Assembly (NCBI RefSeq): GCF_963921235.1 | Contig: NC_086097.1 | Span: 109,680,001 to 109,744,000 of the forward strand | Direction of reading: 5' to 3' | Length of the DNA stretch: 64,000 nt | DNA from: Mobula hypostoma | Lineage: Eukaryota | Part shown: piece after piece, positions 52,095 through 64,000 of the stretch | How positions within the stretch are numbered: the stretch's first letter is position 1 | How the letters are laid out: every line of letters begins with the position of its first letter | Notes under the pieces: model-generated | Seen by the model: only the letters and a program-made list of their open reading frames with translations | The model's database searches: none | What the model was told of the DNA's origin: nothing | Made by a program: the position numbers and the translations under genes

Positions 52095-52690
52095 CATAAG
52101 GTCATAAGATCATAAGATTAAGGAGCAGAGTTAGGCCATTTGGCCTATAGAGTCTGCTCCACTGTTTCATCATGGCTGACGCATTGCCTTCTCAGACCTA
52201 ATCTTCCTCCTTCTCCCTGTATCCCTTTATGCCCTGACTAATCAAGAATGTATCAACCTCTGCCTTAAATATACCAATGACTTGTCCACTACAGCTGCCT
52301 GTGGCAAAAAATTCCGCACACTCATCACTGTCTGGCTAATGAAATTCTTCCTCCTCTCTGTTCTAAAGGGATGTACCTCTATTCTGACGCTGTGTTCTCT
52401 GGTCTTAGACTCCCCTACCATTGGAAATATCTCTCCACATCCAATTCATCAAGGTCTTTCAACATTTGATGTTTCAATGAGGTCATCTCGAATTCTTCTG
52501 AATTTCAGTGACTAGAGACCCAGAGCCATCAAATGCTCCTCAAATGACAAGACTTTCAATCCCAGAATCATTTTGTGAACCTTATCTCAACCCTCTCCAA
52601 TGTCACCACATCCTTATTAGATTAAGAGCCAAAAAATTGCTCAGAGTATTCCAATGAGGGCTCACCGGTGCTTTAGAAAGCCTCTCTCCA
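52095..52690 (-). mobile_element. CR1 3' fragment
   Basis: CATAAG-type tail repeats and RT C-terminal motifs on the minus strand. Confidence 0.8.
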
Positions 52691-53249
52691 ACATGAGTCT
52701 CTCTACAAGCCTCATAAGCATTGTTGTTATTATCTGCTTTGACCACTTGCAAGGTGATAAAGACAGATTCCATTATTCAGAAGGGATCTCATTAAGTATT
52801 TGAATGCTGCTCCCAAAAAGCCAGCATTTCTCAATGGACCGAAAGGCCTCCATCTGTGTTGTACCGATTCTCTGGAAAGATGAGTCAAAATTGTATCAAA
52901 TTTATAGAATCATCAAAGCAACAGAAGAATGTTGTAGTTAGGTTTTTGAGGACATTTTATCTCAAATGCCAGCCGGATAATATGCCAGGAAGTATTTGAA
53001 GTATGTTAGCACATTGGATTTTTTTCTTCTCCCTCTGTGAATTGCCTTCCATGTTAAAGCTGTTAAATAAGTTAGGGTGTTGTTTACTAATGTTATGCGA
53101 GTCACCGCTGCATTTCCAAATAGCCACAAGCTATAAATCTGCTCGATACATTTTTAAATTAGTGGTGGTAATTTTTAACTTTGCCTCAAAATAGAGCACA
53201 GATTTAGTAGTGCAGCCAGGACACCCAAAGCCATTTTCAGAGACACAGG

Positions 53250-53395
53250 CACCTCGTGCTGCTGCACAGCTCCAGCAGCCCCAAATCAATCTGACCTTGG
53301 GCACTGTCTGTGTGGAGTTTGCATGTTCTCTCCATGGCTACAGGATTTATGGACTCCTCCTGCATCCCAAAGACCTGGGAGGTTAAATGGATACT
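53250..53395 (+). mobile_element. V-domain SINE remnant
   Basis: GTCTGTGTGGAGTTTGCATGTTCTC..CATCCCAAAGAC. Confidence 0.6.
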
Positions 53396-53503
53396 ATAGG
53401 ACAGTAAACAACAGGAATTCTGCAGATGCTGGAAATTCAAGCAACACACATGAAAGTTGCTGGTGAACGCAGCAGGCCAGGCAGCATCTGTAGGAAGAGG
53501 CGC

Positions 53504-53539
53504 AGTCGACGTTTCAGGCCGAGACCCTTCGTCAGGACT
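53504..53539 (-). ncRNA. Minimal type I hammerhead ribozyme motif
   Basis: AGTC-CTGACGA-A-GGGTC-TC-GGCCT-GAAA-CGTC-GACT; core intact, stem II with G-U pairs. Confidence 0.8.
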
Positions 53540-53833
53540 AACTGAAGGAAGAGTGAGTAAGGGATTTGAAAGCTGGAGGGGGAGGGGGAGATGCAAAATG
53601 ATAGGAGAAGACAGGAGGGGGAGGGATGGAGCCGAGAGCTGGACAGGTGATAGGCAAAAGGGGATACGAGAGGATCATGGGACAGGAGGTCCGGGAAGAA
53701 AGACGGGGGGGGGGTGACCCAGAGGATGGGCAAGAGGTATATTCAGAGGGACAGAGGGAGAAAAAGGAGAGTGAGAGAAAGAATGTGTGCATAAAAAAAG
53801 AGTAACAGATGGGGTACGAGGGGGAGGTGGGGC

Positions 53834-55585
53834 CTAGCGGAAGTTAGAGAAGTCAATGTTCATGCCATCAGGTTGGAGGCTACCCATACGGAATATAAGG
53901 TGTTGTTCCTCCAACCTGAGTGTGGCTTCATCTTTACAGTAGAGGAGGCCGTGGATAGACATGTCAGAATGGGAATGGGATGTGGAATTAAAATGTGTGG
54001 CCACTGGGAGATCCTGCTTTCTCTGGCGGACAGAGCGTAGATGTTCAGCAAAGCGGTCTCCCAGTCTGCGTCGGGTCTCACCAATATATAAAAGGCCACA
54101 TCGGGAGAACCGGACGCAGTATATCACCCCAGTCGACTCACAGATGAAGTGATGCCTCACCTGGAAGGACTGTTTGGGGCCCTGAATGGTGGTAAGGGAG
54201 GAAGTGTAAGGGCATGTGTAGCACTTGTTCCGCTTACACGGGTAAGTGCCAGGAGGGAGATCAGTGGGGAGGGTTGGGGGGGACGAATGGACAAGGGAGT
54301 TGTGTAGGGAGCGATCCCTGCGGAATGCAGAGAGAGGGGGGGAGGGAAAGATATGCTTAGTGGTGGGATCCCGTTGGAGGTGGCGGAAGTTACGGAGAAT
54401 AATATGTTGGACCCGGAGGCTGGTGGGGTGGTAGGTGAGGACCAGGGGAACCCTATTCCTAGTGGGGTGGTGGGAGGATGGAGTGAGAGCAGATGTACGT
54501 GAAATGGGGGAGATGCGTTTAAGAGCAGAGTTGATAGTGGAGGAAGGGAAGCCCCTTTCTTTAAAAAATGAAGACATCTCCCTCGTCCTAGAATGAAAAG
54601 CCTCATCCTGAGAGCAGATGCGGTGGAGACGGAGGAATTGCGAGAAGGGGATGGCGTTTTTGCAAGAGACAGGGTGAGAAGAGGAATAGTCCAGATAGCT
54701 GTGAGAGTCAGTAGGCTTATAGTAGACATCAGTGGATAAGCTGTCTCCAGAGACAGAGACAGAAAGATCTAGAAAGGGGAGGGAGGTGTCGGAAATGGAC
54801 CAGGTAAACTTGAGGGCAGGGTGAAAGTTGGAGGCAAAGTTAATAAAGTCAACGAGTTCTGCATGCGTGCAGGAAGCAGCGCCAATGCAGTCGTCGATGT
54901 AGCGAAGGAAAAGTGGGGGACAGATACCAGAATAGGCACGGAACATAGATTGTTCCACAAACCCAACAAAAAGGCAGGCATAGCTAGGACCCATACGGGT
55001 GCCCATAGCTACACCTTTAGTTTGGAGGAAATGGGAGGAGCAAAAGGAGAAATTATTAAGAGTAAGGACTAATTCTGCTAGACGGAGCAGAGTGGTGGTA
55101 GAGGGGAACTGATTAGGTCTGGAATCCAAAAAGAAGCGTAGAGCTTTGAGACCTTCCTGATGGGGGATGGAAGTATATAGGAACTGGACATCCATGGTGA
55201 AAATAAAGCGGTGGGGGCCAGGGAACTTAAAATCATCGAAAAGTTTAAGAGCGTGAGAAGTGTCACGAACATAGGTCGGAAGGGATTGAACAAGGGGTGA
55301 TAAAACAGTGTCGAGGTATGCAGAAACGAGTTCGGTGGGGCAGGAGCAAGCTGAGACAATAGGTCAGCCAGGACAGGCAGGTTTGTGGATCTTGCGTAGG
55401 AGGTAGAAACGGGAAGTGCGGGGTGTGGGAACTATAAGGTTGGTAGCAGTGGATGGGAGATCCCCTGAGCGGATAAAGTCGTTGATAGTGTGGGAGACAA
55501 TGGCCTGGTGCTCCTTAGTGGGGTCACGATCGAGCGGTAAATAAGAGGAGGTATCCGCGAGTTGTCGCTGTGCCTCGGCAAGGTA
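53834..55585 (-). pseudogene. PLE reverse transcriptase / GIY-YIG endonuclease ORF with one in-frame stop at 55364-55366
   Basis: MDVQFLYTSIP, GVAMGTRMGPSYA, FLRYIDD, CKRNKCYTC, VIY..YIGETRRRLGDRFAEH; G*PIVS where GRPIVS is expected. Confidence 0.92.
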
Positions 55586-55592
55586 AGTAGGA

Positions 55593-58444
55593 CAGTAGAC
55601 TTGAGGACAGTTGGTGAATATGTGAGAGTAACTCTGAAACAATATTACAGGGAAGTAAGTGGAGGAATAAAGTAAGAGTGGCAGGCCGACAAATCCAGGG
55701 CAAGCATTAAAAAGGGCCACTTTTCAGCATAATTGTATAAGGGCTAAGAGAGTTGTAAAAGAGCGCCTGAAGGCTTTGTGTGTCAATGCAAGGAGCATTC
55801 GTAATAAGGTGGATGAATTGAAAGTGCAGATTGTTATTAATGATTATGATATAGTTGGGATCACAGAGACATGGCTCCAGGGTGACCAGGGATGGGAGCT
55901 CAACGTTCAGGGATATTCAATATTCAGGAGGGATAGACATGAAGGAAGGGGAGGTGGGGTGGCGTTGCTGGTTAAAAGAGAGATTAACGCAATAGGAAGG
56001 AAGGACATAAACCAGGAAGATGTGGAATCGATATGGGTAGAGCTGCGTAACACTAAGGGGCAGAAGACGCTGGTGGGAGTTGTGTACAGGCCACCTAACA
56101 GTAGTAGTGAGGTCGGAGATGGTATTAAACAGGAAATTAGAAATGTGTGCAATAAAGGAACAGCAGTTATAATGGGTGACTTCAATCTACATGTAGATTG
56201 GGTGAACCAAATTGGTAAAGGTGCTGAGGAAGAGGATTTCTTGGAATGTATGCGGGATGGTTTTTTGAACCAACATGTCGAGAAACCAACTAGAGAGCAG
56301 GCTATTCTGGACTGGGTTTTGAGCAATGAGGAAGGGTTAATTAGCAATCTTGTCGTGAGAGGCCCCTTGGGTAAGAGTGACCATAATATGGTGGAATTCT
56401 TCATTAAGATGGAGAGTGACATAGATAGTATCAATTCCAAAGAAGAAGCATACAAATTAGCCAGAGAAAGTGGCTCACCTGAGGACTGGGAGAAATTCAG
56501 AGTTCAGCAGAGGAGGACAAACGGTTTAATTAGGAAGGGAAAAAAAGATTATGAGAGAAAACTGGCAGGGAACATAAAAACGGACTGTAAAAGCTTTTAT
56601 AGATATGTAAAAAGCAAAAGACTGGTAAAGACAAATGGAGGTCCCCTACAGACAGAAACAGGTGAATTGATTATGGGGAGCAAGGACATGGCAGACCAAT
56701 TGAATAATTACTTTGGTTCTGTCTTCACTAAGGAGGACATAAATAATCTTCCAGAAATAGTAGGGGACAGAGGGTCCAGTGGGATGGAGGAACTGAGCGA
56801 AATACATGTTAGTAGGGAAGTGGTATTAGGTAAATTGAAGGGATTGAAGGCAGATAAATCCCCAGGGCCAGATGGTCTGCATCCCAGAGTGCTTAAGGAA
56901 GTAGCCCAAGAAATAGTGGATGCAATAGAGATAATTTTTCAAAACTCGTTAGATTCTGGACTAGTTCCTGAGGATTGGAGAGTGGCTAATGTAACTCCAC
57001 TTTTTAAAAAAGGAGGGAGAGAGAAACCGGGGAATTATAGACTGGTTAGCCTAACGTCGGTGGTGGGGAAACTGCTGGAGTCAGTTATCAAGGATGTGAT
57101 AACAGCACATTTGGAAAGCGGTGAAATCATCGGACAAAGTCAGCATGGATTTGTGAAAGGAAAATCATGTCTGACGAATCTCATAGAATTTTTTGAGGAT
57201 GTAACTAGTAGAGTGGATAGGGGAGAACCATTGGATGTGGTATATTTGGATTTTCAAAAGGCTTTTGACAAGGTCCCACACAGGAGATTAGTGTGCAAAC
57301 TTAAAGCACACGGTATTGGGGGTAAGGTATTGATGTGGATGGAGAATTGGTTAGCAGACAGGAAGCAAAGAGTTGTAATAAACGGGACCTTTTCAGAATG
57401 GCAGGCGGTGACTAGTGGGGTACTGCAAGATTCAGTGCTGGGACCCCAGTTGTTTACAATATATATTAATGACTTGGATGAGGGAATTAAATGCAACATC
57501 TCCAAGTTTGCGGATGATACGAAGCTGGGTGGCAGTGTTAGCTGTGAGGAGGATGCTAAGAGGATGCAGAGTGACTTGGATAGGTTGGGTGAGTGGGCAA
57601 ATTCATGGCAGATGCAATTTAATGTGGATAAATGTGAAGTTATCCACTTTGGTGGCAAAAATAGGAGAACAGATTATTATCTGAATGGTGGCCGATTAGG
57701 AAAAGGGGAGGTGCAACGAGACCTGGGTGTCATTATACACAGTCATTGAAAGTGGGCATGCAGGTACAGCAGGCGGTGAAAAAGGCGAATGGTATGCTGG
57801 CATTTATAGCGAGAGGATTCGAGTACAGGAGCAGGGAGGTACTACTGCAGTTGTACAAGGCCTTGGTGAGACCACACCTGGAGTATTGTGTGCAGTTTTG
57901 GTCCCCTAATCTGAGGAAAGACATCCTTGCCATAGAGGGAGTACAAAGAAGGTTCACCAGATTGATTCCTGGGATGGCAGGACTTTCATATGAAGAAAGA
58001 CTGGATGAACTGGGCTTGTACTTGTTGGAATTTAGAAGATTGAGGGGGGATCTGATTGAAACGTATAAGATCCTAAAGGGATTGGACAGACTAGGTGCAG
58101 GAAGATTGTTCCCGATGTTGGGGAAGTCCAGAACGAGGGGCCACAGTTTGAGGATAGAGGGGAAGCCTTTTAGGACCGAGATTAGGAAAAACTTCTTCAC
58201 ACAGAGAGTGGTGAATCTGTGGAATTCTCTGCCACAGGAAACAGTTGAGGCCAGTTCATTGGCTATATTTAAGAGGGAGTTAGATATGGCCCTTGTGGCT
58301 ACGGGGATCAGCGGGTATGGAGGGAAGGCTGGGGCGGGGTTCTGAGTTGGAGGATCAGCCATGATCATAATAAATGGCAGTGCAGGCTCGAAGGGCTGAA
58401 TGGCCTACTCCTGCACCTATTTTCTATGTTTCTATGTTTCTATG
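55593..58444 (+). mobile_element. Young CR1 LINE with near-complete ORF2 (APE endonuclease plus RT)
   Basis: ORFs 55776-57749 and 57746-58345 (1-bp frameshift) contain NARS, GITETWL, GDFN, SDHN and FADD; (TTTCTATG)3 tail; same subfamily as 8094-10710. Confidence 0.95.
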
Positions 58445-58479
58445 AATAGGAGTGGGGGGAATACTTTCAGCACGTACAT

Positions 58480-59520
58480 AGATTAGGACATAGAACATTA
58501 CTGTACCATACAGGTCCTTCGGTCCACGATGTTGTGTCAACATTTTGACCTACTCCAAGATCAACCAAACCCGACCCTCTTACATAACCGTCCATTTTTC
58601 TGCCTCTATGGCCAAGCCGATTTTGTATCCACACAGCCAACTTTCCATTGGTCCATGCCTCCTGACTTTTTGAATGAGGAACCTTAACAAATGCGCATAC
58701 TAGAATCCATATACACCACATCCACTGCTCTACCTTCATCAATCTGCTTTGTCACATTGTCAAATAATTTAATCAAGTTCATGAAGCATGACCTGCCCCT
58801 CACAAAACCATGCTGAGAATCCCTAATCAGACGATACTTCTCCAAATACTTGTAAATCCTGTCTCTAAGAATCCTCTCCAATCATCCCACCACTGAAGTA
58901 AGGCTCATTGGTCTAATTCCCAGGCTTATTCCAACTCCCTTTCTTGAACAAAGGAATAATGTTTGCTAACATCCAATCATTTGGTACTGCTCCTGTGGCA
59001 AATAGGGCACAAAAGTCTTTGCTAAAGGTGCAGCAATCTCTTCCCTTATGTTCCTTAGAAACCTGAGGTGTATCCCATAATCCCTGGACTGATCTATCCT
59101 ATTGATTTTCAAAAGTTCTAGAAATCCTCTTCCTTTATGTTCCAGCATATCAGTCTGCTTTACACTGTCCTCACGAACATCAAGGTCCCTCTCGCTAGTT
59201 TGCTAGTAATGCTAGCAAAGCATTCATTAAGGTCCTCCCCTACCTCCTACTACTCCATACTTATGTTTCCAATCCTATCCCAAATTGGTCTTACCCTCAC
59301 TGTGGTCATCCTCCTGTTCTTCACATACATGTAGAATGCCTTGGGGTTTTCTTTAATCCTACTTACCAAAGCCTTCTCATGTCTTCTCCTAGGTCTCCTG
59401 TCCATTCTTCAGCTCCGCCTTGGCTACCTTGTAACTCTCTAGAGTCCTGTCTGATTCTTTCTTCCTAAACCATAAGTAAGCCTCTTTCTTTCTCTAGACT
59501 CATCTCTGGTCAATCATTGA
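58480..59520 (-). mobile_element. Old CR1 fragment
   Basis: ERILRDRIY..RDSQHGFVRGRSC. Confidence 0.8.
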
Positions 59521-60657
59521 GGGAATGCATGACCTTCCTCTCTCATGTAAGGAAATAAGTGTGAAAAACTCTGTTCAGGCAAGTGTCTGTACAGATGTGA
59601 CAAGGTGATTTGGCCTTTTGTGATGGACCTGGTGAAATAGAAGGAACAAAATTAGTTGTACTTTTGAGACTTCAGGAAGCCGAAAGCCCATAGCTTGTAC
59701 AACCAATGGCTGCTCCACATAGGGATATATATAAACTGCTCATTTGTACATTGTGATCTAGGTACAATTTTCTTAGGTTTGTCCCCATCCATATATTGTA
59801 CCTGTCAGAGTGTCTTTAAAATATGTATATTGTTATTGTCAGATCTCAAATAACTATGAGATCCGATAATAACAATTTTGTTTTGTTTTGTTTTGTTTCT
59901 TTTTTTTGTATAATGTAGTGGTTTTTTTTTCTTTATTTAAAATTCAAAGTTTTTTCTTTCCTCTTTATGAACTGATAAGAGGAGAATTGCTGTTTTCTTT
60001 TTTATTATATATTATATACTAGCTTAACACTACATATGATTTTGATCATCTCTATCTTAATCTCGATTTGTATTGTTATTGATACATATATTTGAGATAA
60101 TTTTCCTCTTGTTTGTATCTATGTTCCTTGAGAAAGGAGATAGAGAGCCTAATGGCTTGGTGTCCAAACAACAACCTAACCTTCAATGTCATCAAAATGG
60201 CTGGTCATTGATCTCACAAAATGGGATGGAGCTCATGCCCCTGTATGGTGCTGCGATGGAGACGGTGACGGCAGAGAGTTTCACGTTCTAAGGAATAAAC
60301 ATCACAGATAGCTTGTCCTGCCTTGCCAGCCTTATCAGCCTTGCCTTTCACCCAAAAGTAATGTGATGTCCTTGAACACTTTTAGAAACTTCTTTATTTC
60401 TTGCAAATAGTCTCATCCAATCGACCTCTATAAATTCCACCCTAATATCTCCAGAAGTGGCCTTGCCCAAATTAAGACTTTAACCTGTTAAACAGCACTA
60501 ACTTTAAAACTAGCTGAATGATGGTCACTGGTCCGAAAGTGACCCCACTGACACTTCCGTCACTTAACCTACCTTGCTCTCTACGAGGAAGTATTCTGTT
60601 ACACCCTCTTTAGTGCAGCCCTCTCTGTGTTGATGAAGGGAGCTTTTTCATATCTTT

Positions 60658-60905
60658 ACGTAGAGATACAGCATGGCAGCAGGCTCTTCTGGCCCACTGA
60701 GCCCACCCCACTGATTACTACTATGTGGCTAACTAACCTAATGACCTGCACGACTTTGGAATGTGGGAGCAAACTGGAGTTCCCCACGAAAACCCATGCA
60801 GTTGTGGGGAGAATGTGCAAATTCCTTACAGACAGCAGCAGGATTTGAACTTGCACCGCTGCACTGTAATAGAATTACACTAACTGCTACACTACCACAC
60901 CGCTC
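60658..60905 (-). mobile_element. V-domain SINE with a CR1-like tail (HE1-like)
   Basis: tRNA-like head (GTTCAAATCC), V-like core, tail GGGCCAGAAGAGCCTG..GCTGTATCTCTA. Confidence 0.7.
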
Positions 60906-61334
60906 TTTCTTAGAGACATTTAACAAATTCCATCCTGTAGCCCTTTGCACTATCGGTGACCCTGTCAGTATTAGGAAAGGTAAAATCTCCCTCTAACACT
61001 GTCCTACTATTCTGCTGTTCGGAGAAATCTCAACAAATTTGGACGAAAAGGTATATTAAGTGGTATCTCATAGTATGAAAGGGGAATTTTATCGAGGGAA
61101 TTCCACAGTTTAGGGCCTTGGTAAATGAAGCTACAGCTGCTAATGCTGAAGTATTTAAATTTAACAATGACCAGGCAGTTAGTGAAGATAATTCTTCAGG
61201 TCTGGTGATGGAAGTGTCAACGGGATGGAAGTGTCAACGGGATGGAAGGGAAAACTCATGGAGACATTTGAAAGCAAGGAACAGAATTTTAAAATCGAGC
61301 AGTGCTTTCTCAGGATCCAGTGTTTGTAGAAGGG

Positions 61335-61985
61335 TAATAAGACCACAAGGTGTAGGAGCAGAGTTGGGCCACTTGGCTCATCAAATGCTCCGCTGTTCCA
61401 TCATGGCTGATCTATTATCCCTCTCAACCCCATTCCCTACCTTCTCCACGTAACCATTGCCCTGACTAATTAAAAAACAATCAAACTCCGCTTTAAATAT
61501 ACCCAATGACTTGTCCTCCACAGTGGTCTGTGGCAATGAATTCCAAAGCTTCATCACCCTCTGGCTAAAGAAATTCCTCCTCATCTCTGTTCTAAGGGGA
61601 CGTCCTTGTATTTTGAGGCTGTGCCCTACGGATCTAGACTCCCCCACCACTGGACACATCCTCTCAAATTCCACTCCATCTCGGCCTTTCAGTTGATTTC
61701 AATGAGTTTCCCCTCATTCTTCTAAACTCCAGTGAGTATAGCCTCTGAGCCATCAAACACTCCTCATATGTTAACCTTTTCATTCTCATGATCACTTTTG
61801 TGAATTTCCTCTGTACTCACTCCAATGCCAGCACATCCTTTCTTAGAAAAGAACCCCAAAACTGCTCAAATACTCCGAGAGTGGTCTGACCAATGCCTTA
61901 TAATGCATCAGCATTACATTTTGCTTTTATATTCTAGTCCTCTCGAAATGAATGCTAATATTATATTTGCCTTATTTACCACAGA
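61335..61985 (-). mobile_element. CR1 3' fragment
   Basis: GHSLKIQGRPLRTEMRRNFFSQRV. Confidence 0.85.
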
Positions 61986-62409
61986 ATATAATGGGCAAAC
62001 AGGACTGGTAAGAACTCAAGCTTGAGTACAAAGCTCTGCATCACCTCAAGTTTACAGGTATTGGAGCAAATGTGACCAGCCAAGCAAGCAGTGGGGCAGC
62101 CATCCATAACTTCAGTGCATGCACAGAGCACACACTATAGATGATCATTCAATCTCATGCGCGTTACCACACATAGTCCGTACACATATACAAAGTTATA
62201 GCTGGGATTGCAACGCATCTGTTCCGCAGTGCCACTGTCTGACAAAATTACAAAAAATAACTATCAAATTAAAATCAAATTACTCTTAAACCACTGACAC
62301 GTGTAAAACAATATTGCAGAGCAGCCTTCATAACCCTTGCTGAAGTGTAATGATTCACTGACACAGAAATTTCACCCCAATTCTGACTGTACTAGAGCAG
62401 TTAAGGAAT

Positions 62410-62563
62410 ACCTCCTTCCCCTCCCCCCACCTTTTTATTCTGGCATCTTCTCCCTTCCTTCTCAGTCCTGATGAAGGGCCTCAGCCCGAAACATCGACTG
62501 TTTATTCATTTCCATAGATGTTGCCTGACCTGCTGAGTTCCTCCAGCATTTTGTGTGTGTTGC
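62410..62563 (+). mobile_element. PLE 3' terminal fragment with a hammerhead (62463-62500)
   Basis: 8-bp TSD TAAGGAAT (62402-62409 / 62564-62571); CAGTC-CTGATGA-A-GGGC-CTCA-GCCC-GAAA-CATC-GACTG. Confidence 0.8.
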
Positions 62564-64000
62564 TAAGGAATTCAATTGTTCAATTTCAAATGAATAGATA
62601 GGTGCCAGGCCTTAAAAGAGTTTCACTGTTGCTAACATAATAGAATGCTATAAAACCCAAAGAGCATTCAGAGAGTGTTTTACCTTTAATCTCAGCAGGG
62701 AAATAGAATGTGTAAGCCAAGCTGGAAAGTAGGGATAAAAATGTATAACAGAGAAGCAACCTGGAATCGGGTCTGAGTAAGTGTAACATTAACACTCGGT
62801 GTGTTGCTATAACAACATTGAATGATCACATGCATATTTGAGTCCACGTGGTGAAGTTCTAAAGTCAGGCTGTTAGCAAGGGGTCTAGAGCACAAACACT
62901 ATTTCTCAACAGGAGAGGAAGGCGGATAGGTCAACATCCACTCTACTTCTCCTAGCAAATGGTCACAGTACAGTATTGGCACAGACCAAGAAATAGGTCA
63001 CCTGGCTGCGTTTCTTTTGGGGAACGGTGCAGAACATTAAGGGGAAGGAAAGCAGCAGAACATAGCAGGCTTAGTGCAACACACTGAAAGCTGCAGAGGA
63101 AATCTGAACTCGGGCTGGGGGAGGGGGTGATATGCAGAGAGTCTCTCTATGACACACATGGTGTCTGCAGAAGCTGTGCCAGGCAGTTTACAACTTCAAG
63201 CTTGTCATTGCACAGCTCTGGCCTCAAACGGTGCAATTTAGATGCTATTCCCTTCCACGATTAAAACCTGCTTCATTTTCATATGGGTCATTAGTACTTG
63301 CTATTAGAACACACTGCTTCTATTAACAGACTGGTTTTAATTTATAAATTTATTTAAGCAATGCAGATGCCACTAGCATTAGATTGCCAGACAGGGGAGA
63401 AGAAAAAAAACAATGGTTTTCCAAAGTGATTCCATTATTTTACTGCTCTGCAAATTCAGGGCCTTTTAATCTAGTTATAAACATTAAGGGCTTTTAATGC
63501 AATTTCACTTTGCTGCAGCACTAGACTATTGGGTGCAATTTAATTCCAATAACACCAGATGAAGTTCTTCACTAAATTTTGGAGCAGAGTTCAATGATCA
63601 TTTCATTAACAGAAAATAAAACAAATTTTAAAGGATATCGGGAAAGCTATTACACAGCACGCTCCTCTCCGTTTCACTGTGAAGTCTGAGATTCAAACCC
63701 GTCCAAAGAGCATTACACCACTCCAACCATGATTTCTTTCATTCTTTCAATTGTTGGCCTTTGTTCCTTTTAGTTCATTATGTCTTTGCCCAGAACATAA
63801 TCAGTTTCAGAAACAGCAGAATTAACTGTTATATTTTCAGCAAATATGTTAAACTGTAACTATAACTATGGGATTAATGCATCCAGATATGCATATGCAA
63901 TAAGTTATTGATAGCCAAGGCATTATAGAACCAAGGAAAATTCATGAGGTTAGCCAATGATTGTAAGCACAGTCATGCTGCCAAAAGGGGACCCTCTAGG

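Larger units (their letters stand above)
53407..55587 (-). mobile_element. Neptune-type Penelope-like element, 5'-truncated, young
   Basis: 10-bp TSD TAGGACAGTA (53397-53406 / 55588-55597); RT, Cys-rich linker, GIY-YIG; 3' UTR with a hammerhead. Confidence 0.95.

Noticed and set aside
61207..61248. 17-bp tandem duplication (also the ATTATA run at ~18005-18035)
   Set aside because: Ordinary slippage duplications with no further structure.

Overview
Eukaryotic, repeat-dense vertebrate DNA. The repeat families look, from memory and not a database search, like those of cartilaginous fishes, probably a ray or other batoid. Well over half the window is transposable element sequence: several CR1 LINE subfamilies (three young copies with long ORFs), decayed Rex1/Babar-like LINEs, Neptune-type Penelope-like elements (PLEs; one 2.2-kb copy has RT plus GIY-YIG and a single nonsense codon), solo LTRs with 5-bp TSDs, tRNA-derived SINEs, non-autonomous RTE derivatives, and Tc1-, hAT- and Chapaev3-like DNA transposon relics, often nested. 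No host gene is confidently identified; two weak minus-strand exon candidates could encode a CaaX-ending C-terminus. The most notable signal is catalytic or structured RNA carried by retroelements. Several PLE ends hold a minimal type I hammerhead ribozyme with a loop-less palindromic stem III. Short fold-back PLE derivatives flanked by long TSDs recur. One RTE derivative has a degenerate twister-like motif and another has a paired 5' leader. Most element boundaries are approximate unless a TSD is given.
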